DNA of 15,194 nucleotides from Bacteroidales bacterium (GTDB lineage Bacteria > Bacteroidota > Bacteroidia > Bacteroidales > UBA12077). Position numbers and translations under genes: made by a program. The notes beneath the pieces are model-generated. The model saw only the letters and a list, made by a program, of their open reading frames with translations. It was not told the origin of the DNA and made no database searches. Below are positions 8,195-15,194 of this stretch, piece after piece (positions within the stretch are counted from its first letter, which is position 1; every line of letters starts with the position of its first letter). The DNA lies in NCBI GenBank assembly GCA_028282585.1, contig JANQHR010000157.1, positions 1-15,194 on the forward strand, in the 5' to 3' direction.

Positions 8195-9649
8195 TTATTT
8201 AGGCAAAGGAATTATTCTATAAACAATTCCCGGTTCTTCTACCGAGACATAAAGATAACCATCAGGCCCTTGCTTAACATTTCTAACTCTGCCGATGTCT
8301 TCCATTATTTTCTCTTCAGATATCACTTTCTCACCTTCTATTTTACACAAGTGTAAATATTCAAAACGTAGCGAACCTATAAGTAAATGTCCTTCCCAGC
8401 CTGGATAAAGATTACCACGCACAAAATCCATCCCCGAAGGAGCTATTGAAGGGTCCCAGTAATGGAGAGGCTGTTCCATTCCCTCTTTTTCAGTTAAGTC
8501 GGTAAATCTGGTTCCAATATAGTTTATACCGTAAGATATTACCGGCCACCCGTAGTTCAAGCCTTTTCTAACAATATTAATTTCGTCTCCGCCTTTTGGG
8601 CCATGTTCGTGAGTCCATAATTCTCCTGTTACAGGATGTTTAATCATACCCTGTTGATTACGGTGCCCGTAAGAGTAAATACTTTTTATTGCATCGGATA
8701 CATCTACAAAAGGATTATCTTCAGGGATTCTACCGTCGTCGTAGAGGCGATGAACCTTGCCCAGATGTGTTGATAAGTCTTGCGGGTATTCATCCCTATT
8801 ACCTCTATCGCCAACTGTTACATATAAATAACCTTCGTTATCAAATTCCAATCTTGATCCGTAATGACGTCCAGTGGTCTCATGAGGGTGTGCTACAAAT
8901 ATAAGTTTGCTATCTACAAGTTTACTTTCCTCCAATTTATATCTTGAAACCGCTGTTGATGATAATACTTTACCCCCTTTTTGGTAAATCGAATAAGATA
9001 AATACAGCCAACTATTTTCACTAAAGTTTGGGTGTAGTTCTACATCCATTAAACCGCCCTGTCCTCTAAACAATACATCAGGCACACCTTCAATTTTTAT
9101 TTTTGTTTTATCTTTATTTATTCTCCATAACTCCCCTGATTTGTCAGTGACCAATAAACTGCCGTCAGCTAGAAAAGCCATTCCCCAGGGGCTTTCCATA
9201 TCTTCAACTATTTTCTCCAGTTTAAAGTTGAAATCTTCAGCTTCGTAAACTTCAGATTCCTCTATTAAATTATATTTATCAAGTCCGCTTCTTTTATGAA
9301 GGAGTGCGGCGGAAAGCTCACCGATTTGTTCATCGCTGAACCCATCTTTAAAAGCGGGCATTTCACCTTCGGCTCGTCCTTCCGAAATAGATGCATAAAC
9401 TTCTTCAGGCGAATCGCCATATATCCATTCTTCTTTAGCAAAATCTTCCATTGATCGGCCATGGCAGCCAGAACAATATTCTTTATAAAGAGCTTCCGAA
9501 CGTGAAATTAGCGATTCAAGATCAGTGTCACTTACTTTCATTTTCTGTAAGCTGTCTTTTTTACACGCGACAGTTAAAGCGGGAAGTAAAACTATTAGAG
9601 AAAAGTATACAACTGTGTTTTTATTAAGAATTTTTTTAAGTGTTTTCAT
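8195..9649 (-). CDS. Lipoprotein: N-terminal c-type cytochrome fused to a PQQ-dependent glucose/sorbosone (aldose sugar) dehydrogenase
   Basis: 484 aa with AAGGA RBS. Lipobox LTVA-C29. Heme motif C59-S-G-C62-H63 with distal 'MPAF' (M97). sGDH/YliI-family motifs GQGGLMDV.LHPNF, HYGSRL.F, GDRG, GKVHRL..DG.IP.DNPF, YGHRNQQG, EHGPKGGDEIN, NYGWP, SIAPSG, GRVRNV.QGPDG.LY. Confidence 0.9.
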   Translation of the reverse strand: MKTLKKILNKNTVVYFSLIVLLPALTVACKKDSLQKMKVSDTDLESLISRSEALYKEYCSGCHGRSMEDFAKEEWIYGDSPEEVYASISEGRAEGEMPAFKDGFSDEQIGELSAALLHKRSGLDKYNLIEESEVYEAEDFNFKLEKIVEDMESPWGMAFLADGSLLVTDKSGELWRINKDKTKIKIEGVPDVLFRGQGGLMDVELHPNFSENSWLYLSYSIYQKGGKVLSSTAVSRYKLEESKLVDSKLIFVAHPHETTGRHYGSRLEFDNEGYLYVTVGDRGNRDEYPQDLSTHLGKVHRLYDDGRIPEDNPFVDVSDAIKSIYSYGHRNQQGMIKHPVTGELWTHEHGPKGGDEINIVRKGLNYGWPVISYGINYIGTRFTDLTEKEGMEQPLHYWDPSIAPSGMDFVRGNLYPGWEGHLLIGSLRFEYLHLCKIEGEKVISEEKIMEDIGRVRNVKQGPDGYLYVSVEEPGIVYRIIPLPK

Positions 9650-9924
9650 AAGTTAATCCTTATAACGAGATATTAAATTCATTACTGGTAATCACAACAA
9701 AGGATAAAAATTCAAAAAAGACTACTCATTTTAGATAGTTTATAAGCTCATTTGTTGTAAATGTCTGTTATTTTTCAACAAGAAAGTAGCAAATTTCAAA
9801 ACTTATAGCACTTAGGAAAACATTTTTAATGTTATTCAAGTTCTCTTTTCCTAATAAATATTTAAGTGCTAGTCGAAAAATGTAGCTGTTTGATTAGTGA
9901 TAATATTCAAATGAAAATATTTCT

Positions 9925-12096
9925 TTATTTGAATATTATCTTAAATGTGGAACCCTCACCTTTTTTACTTTCAACAGAAATCTCAGCATTGTTTAATTCA
10001 CAATATTTTTTAACTAACGCTAAACCCAATCCTGTACCTTCAAATTTGCGTGTATAACCTTGATCTTCTTGAGAAAACGAATCAAATAAATGGGGCAGAT
10101 AGTTTTCAGAAATTCCAATGCCTGTATCAATTATTTTTACAACTTTTTTATTATCAATAATTTTGCAAACAACACTTATTTTACCTTCAGGAGTATATTT
10201 AATGGCATTGTCAATTAAGTTGGAAAACATCTGAACTAATGTGTATTGGTCACCGGTAATAATAAAATTTGGATCGCCACAAATAATTTCAAATTCCAAC
10301 CCTTTTTCTTTTGCATAATTGTAATACTCTAGTTTTAAGTTTTCTAAAACATCTTTGTATAAGTTTAGTTTTATTGGGTTAATCACCAGCGACCCAATCT
10401 GAATTTCTGACATATTTAACAGCAAATCTATTGTTCGTATTATCCGCTTTCCGGCATTAGAAATAACTGTGAAGCTTAATTTTAAATCTTCGTTTACTTT
10501 TTCTCCTATTTCATCTCTTAGCAAGCTGGCAAAACTCATCATTGTATTTATCGGAGTTCTGATTTCATGTGACATTTGGGCTAGAAACTCTGACTTGAGT
10601 TTATCGGAGTATTCCGCAGCTCCTTTTGCAAGAAGCAATTCTTTTTCCGTATTTTTTCTTATTTGAATATCTTTTTCCAATTTAGCATTCGCTTCAAGTA
10701 GTTCTTTAGTCCTTTCCTTTACTTGTTTTTCTAATTTAACTTTATGTTCAGAAAGTTCTTTTTCTGCGAGTTTACGGGCAGTAATGTTTTTCATTGTACC
10801 AATTAAACAGATTGGTGTTTTATCCAGGCAACTATAAACCCCATTATCATCGATATAAACGTAATCCCCCGCCTTATCTTTAAAACGGTACTCTGCTTGG
10901 AACTTACTTAAATTCTTTTCAGATTCATTTAACAGTTCTCTCAGACTTTCTCTATCATCTTGATGAATATTATCAACCCATTTATTCAAATCGAAACTTT
11001 TGAATTCTTCAGGACTATAACCAACTACTTCTTCAATTGCACCAAACCATTTTATCTCTCCGGTTCCAACATGGTATTCATAGATCATTTGCCCGGTTTG
11101 CTCAGTTGCAATTTTGTATTTTTCTTCTTCTTCCCTTAGCTTTTTTTCAGCATTGATTTTCGTTCTGAAATAACCGAAGACAAACATGAAAAAGGTAAAT
11201 CCACTTATAAAGACAATCAAAAGGAAATAGTTTACAAAGCTATCATTAGCATGCAAGGCCTCGTCAATTGCCATTGTAACAGCAACTGACCAAAAAGTAT
11301 TTTCAAGTTCTACAGGATGGTAGGCAGCAATTTTTTCTATTGCGACTTTTGATTTACTTTCCGGAGGATGGTAATAATATTCCCCGATCCCGGATTCTTT
11401 TTTCAACATTTTCTGAACGAGATTAAAAACTGTGGGATATTGTTCTGGAGTTTCAAATACACTTAAGCCAGTGCGTCCCTCAATCGGAGAAAAAAGTTCA
11501 ATACCTTTTTCACTTAATACATAAGCATAGCCAGACTCACCTATCCTTATGTTTTCCAAAAACCGTTTAGCAATTAATTCAAACGGAATAAGTAGTGAGA
11601 TACACCCATTGTATTCTTCATTTTTAAATACAGGATATGCAAAAGCAATAGCTCGATAACCTTGTACCGTATTAAATACATCACTAATAACCGGCTCATG
11701 AGTTTCCATGATTAGTGCATTGTGAGGTTGATAAGAAATATCCCGTCCAATTACTTCATCATTAAAAGGTATAGTGAAATTAATTATGCCATTTTTATCA
11801 ACTCTGGTTATTGCCTTTATTTCGTTGGCATAACTTTCGTAAAACTTTTTAAGTTCATTCAGCATATCACCATTCATATCAATAATCGAATCATGCTGTG
11901 CTAAATGATTTAATGCACTTTTACTATGGGCAAAAAAAGACTCTATTCCGCTTGCGGCTTGTTCTGCATAAAGGCGTTGTAGTTGAACTAATTGGTCTAA
12001 GGTTTTTTTGAAGACTTGATCATAGATCTGATAAAGTAAAATTCCACCAAAAAAAAGAGGGACAATTGATAGAATAATGAAAAGGTATCTTCGCAT
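9925..12096 (-). CDS. Membrane sensor histidine kinase (periplasmic Cache-like domain, PAS, HisKA, HATPase)
   Basis: 723 aa. Two TM segments (about aa 5-23 and 290-310) flank a dCache-like region ('PVISDVF..VQGYRAIAFAYPV', 'IGESGYAYVLSEKG'). PAS 'WVDNIHQDDRE..EYRFKDKAGDYVYI'. H box MSHEIRTP, N box NLIDNAIKYT, G1 DTGIGI, G2 GTGLGL. No receiver domain. Confidence 0.93.
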   Translation of the reverse strand: MRRYLFIILSIVPLFFGGILLYQIYDQVFKKTLDQLVQLQRLYAEQAASGIESFFAHSKSALNHLAQHDSIIDMNGDMLNELKKFYESYANEIKAITRVDKNGIINFTIPFNDEVIGRDISYQPHNALIMETHEPVISDVFNTVQGYRAIAFAYPVFKNEEYNGCISLLIPFELIAKRFLENIRIGESGYAYVLSEKGIELFSPIEGRTGLSVFETPEQYPTVFNLVQKMLKKESGIGEYYYHPPESKSKVAIEKIAAYHPVELENTFWSVAVTMAIDEALHANDSFVNYFLLIVFISGFTFFMFVFGYFRTKINAEKKLREEEEKYKIATEQTGQMIYEYHVGTGEIKWFGAIEEVVGYSPEEFKSFDLNKWVDNIHQDDRESLRELLNESEKNLSKFQAEYRFKDKAGDYVYIDDNGVYSCLDKTPICLIGTMKNITARKLAEKELSEHKVKLEKQVKERTKELLEANAKLEKDIQIRKNTEKELLLAKGAAEYSDKLKSEFLAQMSHEIRTPINTMMSFASLLRDEIGEKVNEDLKLSFTVISNAGKRIIRTIDLLLNMSEIQIGSLVINPIKLNLYKDVLENLKLEYYNYAKEKGLEFEIICGDPNFIITGDQYTLVQMFSNLIDNAIKYTPEGKISVVCKIIDNKKVVKIIDTGIGISENYLPHLFDSFSQEDQGYTRKFEGTGLGLALVKKYCELNNAEISVESKKGEGSTFKIIFK

Positions 12097-12161
12097 AAGT
12101 AATAATATAATCTTTGCTTAACGCTTATTTAAATTATCAAAAATAATATTGAATTTACAAA

Positions 12162-12974
12162 CTAAATTATATCATTAATCATTTTTTCACTAATATCCCA
12201 AAGATTGATCCATAAATCTTTGTCATAAGAAATTTGTGACGATTGAGTAATTCTGGAATCAATAAAATATTTACCAGTTAGGTCTTCAATCGAATTAGAA
12301 TCGGCAAGAAAAACAGAAGTGCTCGCTCCTTCTTTCAAAGAAGCTCCTGTTATGTCAAATCCTGCTCTAAGTAATTTTGTATCTATAACACCAGGATGCA
12401 GACAATTAACTGAAATGTGAAAATTATTTAAACGATTTGCTAACTCATAAGTAAATAATACATTTGCTAATTTTGATTGAGCGTAAGCCTCGTATGAATC
12501 AAATCTTTTTTCCGAATTCAAATTACTAAAATCAATACTTCCCCTGTTGTGTGCTATTGAACTTACATTTATAATTCTAGCGTATTCGGAATTTTTTACT
12601 AAATCCAAAATTTTATTCGTAAATAAAAACATCGCAAGATGATTAACAGCAAATGTAGTTTCAAAGCCTTCATTGGTAATAACCCTGTCATTCATATAAA
12701 CACCGGCATTGTTTATCAAAACATCTATTTTGCTATAACTTTCCTTAAGCAATTCTGCAGAGTGATTAACTTCTTTCATCAAAGAGAAGTTGCACACAAA
12801 GTAATCAACATTACTTGAAGGATATTTAATGTTTATGAATTCTTTTGTTTCAATACATTTGTTTTTATTCCTGCCGTGAATAATAATATCGTAGCCTTTT
12901 TCCGCTAAATCTATTGCTGTCTGCTTACCAATGCCGTCTGTTGAACCAGTAATTAATACAATCTTATTTTTCAT
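12162..12974 (-). CDS. Short-chain dehydrogenase/reductase (retinol-dehydrogenase-like classical SDR)
   Basis: 270 aa. TGSTDGIG, NNAG, 'FAVNHLA', 'RIINVSS', catalytic YAQSK, 'LHPGVIDT'. The Arg in 'HGRN' suggests NADP(H) preference. Confidence 0.92.
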   Translation of the reverse strand: MKNKIVLITGSTDGIGKQTAIDLAEKGYDIIIHGRNKNKCIETKEFINIKYPSSNVDYFVCNFSLMKEVNHSAELLKESYSKIDVLINNAGVYMNDRVITNEGFETTFAVNHLAMFLFTNKILDLVKNSEYARIINVSSIAHNRGSIDFSNLNSEKRFDSYEAYAQSKLANVLFTYELANRLNNFHISVNCLHPGVIDTKLLRAGFDITGASLKEGASTSVFLADSNSIEDLTGKYFIDSRITQSSQISYDKDLWINLWDISEKMINDII

Positions 12975-12981
12975 AAATTTC

Positions 12982-13968
12982 TCAAAATAATTTTGATTTC
13001 AATATGTTCCATGTTTCTTTCTTTGTCGCCAAATCAAAATGAAATGGGAAAGATTTCATGCCATGATAAAATGCCGATGATTCCCTGTGGCATTGCAACG
13101 GGCATAAATAGCATTCTGCATCATTCAAAATAAAAACATCGCCATTTAAGTTACCCAAAATGTTATCTTTAACCATACACTCATAAACATCTAATTTATT
13201 ATCAACATAGAAAACGTTTTCCCCACTTTTACAGGCATATTTTTGTTTACTACCCAAATAATAATTTTTGATGTCTTTCAAAAATAATTCATGATGAACC
13301 ATCTTGTTATTTAATTCAGCTTTAAGAGTGCTAAGCCTATCGGCAATGTTTGCAAGTTCATCGTTTGAAAAATCTATTACATCGGGAGAATCCAAACCTA
13401 TTTTATATGTAGATGCCGGATTAGAAATAGGGAAAGAAAAGAAAACTAGTTCGAATCCAATTTCTAAAACATAGTTTGCAATTTGTTCAAGTTCATTTAC
13501 GTTATGTTTTGCAATTGTAATTCCTGCGGAAGTTATAATTTTTGTATCCGAAAAATATTTCAGATTTTTTTCAATGATCTCCTTTAAATTATCAATCCCC
13601 CGGTGATTATTAAATATTTCATCTTTGTAATGATCAAACGAAATTGAAAGAATATCTAACCCGGCTTTATCAAGTTTTTGTATTTTTTCTTGGTTAAGTA
13701 AACCTCCATGCGTCATTACTTGGGTTATGATTTTATGGTTGGCAGCTTCAGAAACAAGTTCGTATAAATAGGGATAAGCAAACGGTTCGCCACCGGTTAT
13801 TTCTAAATAACCACACTTTAATTTTTGCTTTAGATTTTTTATTAGTTTTTCGATTTCATCCTTAGGAATGTAATTCGCTTTTTCAGTTTTCCAAAAATCA
13901 CAAAAACTACATTTTGCATTACAAAAATCTGTTACACACAAAAAAACTGTGTTTCTATTAATCATCAT
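12982..13968 (-). CDS. Radical SAM protein with C-terminal twitch/SPASM-like auxiliary Fe-S domain
   Basis: 328 aa. C16xxxC20xxC23 (CNAKCSFC), TGGEP, 'SISFDH', 'HRG'. C-terminal cysteines C246, C264, C286, C289, C293. Confidence 0.9.
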   Translation of the reverse strand: MMINRNTVFLCVTDFCNAKCSFCDFWKTEKANYIPKDEIEKLIKNLKQKLKCGYLEITGGEPFAYPYLYELVSEAANHKIITQVMTHGGLLNQEKIQKLDKAGLDILSISFDHYKDEIFNNHRGIDNLKEIIEKNLKYFSDTKIITSAGITIAKHNVNELEQIANYVLEIGFELVFFSFPISNPASTYKIGLDSPDVIDFSNDELANIADRLSTLKAELNNKMVHHELFLKDIKNYYLGSKQKYACKSGENVFYVDNKLDVYECMVKDNILGNLNGDVFILNDAECYLCPLQCHRESSAFYHGMKSFPFHFDLATKKETWNILKSKLF

Positions 13969-15180
13969 TTAAGTAGAAAGTTTTTTTCTATTAATATAAC
14001 TATCCAATATTAAGTAGGCCGCTGAAACAATAATACCAGTTATCCCGACGATAAACCACAATGAATTTGCACCTAGGTTTTGATATAGCCACATCCCAAA
14101 TATTGGCCCGAGAACTATTGTTAGAGAAAAAGTAAATGAAAACATACCCATGTACTTACCTCTATTTTGATCATTTGTTAAAGTAGCTATATAGCTAATT
14201 AACAAAGGCAATACAAACATTTCGCCTATCGTCCATAACACAACTGTAAAAACTACATAAGTAAATCCTGAACCTAATGGTTGGATTGCAAATCCGCCGA
14301 AAAGAAAAATTGCTCCGATAGACATTACTTTTAGCGGATTATATTCACTTACCTTATGAATTAAAGGCATCTCTACGAAAGTTATCATAAATGCATTTAT
14401 TGCAAGAAGCAAACCTATTGTATCTTCACTAAAAAGATAATTTTCTTTCAAATAAATAGGCCATGTATTAAAAATTTGAATGAACACCAATCCTATCGGC
14501 ACCATTATTAAGAGCACAGCCATAAAAATTTTATCTTTCCAAGGGAAATGGCTTTTATGATCCTTTCCTTTTGTTTCCTTTTTTTCATTTATGTAATTAC
14601 GGAAATAATAATAAAACAATCCGGCTGCAAAAAGGCATGTTAATCCATCTACCCAAAATAAATAACTGTAATCAATTAGTGCCAAGAAGCCTCCTATTGC
14701 CGGGCCAATTGCAACACCCAAATTTATAGCAAGCCTATTTAAAGCATAGCTTCTTGAAACACTTTCCTTGGGAGAGAATTCGGCTAAAGCTGCAGCGTTA
14801 GCAGGCCTTAATGCATCCGCAAACATTGCAACTAAAAAAACTGTAATTGCAATTTCATAATCGTCCCGCATAAAATCTAAGCAAATGTAGCTAATCCCCG
14901 CGGTTATCAAACTATAAAATTGAACCTTTTTAGAATTCAAATGATCAGTTAACCATCCGCCAAGAAATGATCCAACGAGTGATCCTAATCCATAAACAGT
15001 CAGCACTTCGCCGGCTTCAATATTGGTGTAGTTCAATTCTTTAGTTAAATAAAGTGTAAGAAAAAAGAGTACCATTGAACCGCTTCTGTTCAGAAACATA
15101 ACAATGCATAAATACCAAATCGGTTTTGGCAAACCGGAAAATGAATCACGATATAAGTTTAATATGTTTTTAAACATCAC
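13969..15180 (-). CDS. MFS transporter (drug/metabolite exporter-like, MdtH-like)
   Basis: 403 aa, about 12 hydrophobic segments. Motif-A-like 'GGWLTDHLNSKK', antiporter-type 'NLGVAIGPAIGG', and 'NRGKYMG'. GTG start at 15180 or ATG at 15177. Confidence 0.9.
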   Translation of the reverse strand: MMFKNILNLYRDSFSGLPKPIWYLCIVMFLNRSGSMVLFFLTLYLTKELNYTNIEAGEVLTVYGLGSLVGSFLGGWLTDHLNSKKVQFYSLITAGISYICLDFMRDDYEIAITVFLVAMFADALRPANAAALAEFSPKESVSRSYALNRLAINLGVAIGPAIGGFLALIDYSYLFWVDGLTCLFAAGLFYYYFRNYINEKKETKGKDHKSHFPWKDKIFMAVLLIMVPIGLVFIQIFNTWPIYLKENYLFSEDTIGLLLAINAFMITFVEMPLIHKVSEYNPLKVMSIGAIFLFGGFAIQPLGSGFTYVVFTVVLWTIGEMFVLPLLISYIATLTNDQNRGKYMGMFSFTFSLTIVLGPIFGMWLYQNLGANSLWFIVGITGIIVSAAYLILDSYINRKKLST

Positions 15181-15194
15181 AAACGATTAGTATA

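Noticed and set aside
9806-9871. CIRCE (HrcA) operator suggested by TAGCACT...AGTGCTA
   Set aside because: The half-sites are about 50 nt apart rather than 9, and no chaperone gene is adjacent.
9650-9924. Hidden PqqA or RiPP precursor peptide in the largest intergenic gap
   Set aside because: The ATG-initiated mini-ORFs I read (MNLISRYKD, MSSLF, MSL and MFS on the - strand; MSVIFQQESSKFQNL on the + strand) lack the ExxxY motif and have no precursor-like features.
10382-10390. ATCACCAGC matching the tRNA 3' end as a possible attR
   Set aside because: Only 9 nt, inside an intact kinase gene, and no integrase is present; compatible with chance.
1411-11904. Other short ORFs in the track (1411-1605, 3167-3370, 3352-3558, 7615-7953, 8689-8904, 9265-9462, 9866-10057, 10469-10666, 11722-11904)
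   Set aside because: All lie wholly or mostly within longer, motif-supported genes on the opposite strand or in another frame, and show no protein-family signatures.
12982-13968. Radical SAM as PqqE (near PQQ genes; contains 'CPLQC')
   Set aside because: CPLQC lies in the C-terminal tail, not in the SAM-binding motif (CNAKCSFC). There is no full SPASM Cys set and no pqqA/B/C/D nearby.
13966-13971. In-frame stop readthrough producing an MFS-radical SAM fusion
   Set aside because: The stop is TAA followed by its own ATG-ATG, and both proteins look complete. Translational coupling is the simpler explanation.
1-15194. CRISPR array, IS element, integrase or prophage genes
   Set aside because: No regularly spaced repeats, transposase/integrase motifs or phage-like ORFs were seen. 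The window is almost fully occupied by intact cellular genes.

Overview
AT-rich bacterial window, most consistent with the Ignavibacteria/Bacteroidota (FCB) group. This is inferred from a T9SS-type C-terminal sorting domain 'NYPNPFNP' and TAnnTTTG-type promoters. The + strand carries a plug-containing outer-membrane beta-barrel (putative porin), a secreted multidomain GH13 alpha-amylase-like enzyme and a stand-alone tRNA-Thr(UGU). The - strand carries a TrmH/SpoU RNA methyltransferase and a co-oriented run: MFS transporter, radical SAM enzyme, SDR, orphan Cache-PAS histidine kinase, lipoprotein cytochrome c/PQQ aldose-dehydrogenase fusion, and a TonB-dependent receptor closely resembling the PQQ importer YncD/PqqU. 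The most notable element is the two-gene putative PQQ-scavenging module (cofactor importer plus heme-c-fused quinoprotein, with no pqq biosynthesis genes in the window) next to the tRNA 3' end. Second is a tightly packed MFS/radical SAM/SDR operon of unknown chemistry. All family assignments come from motif recognition by eye; no searches were run.
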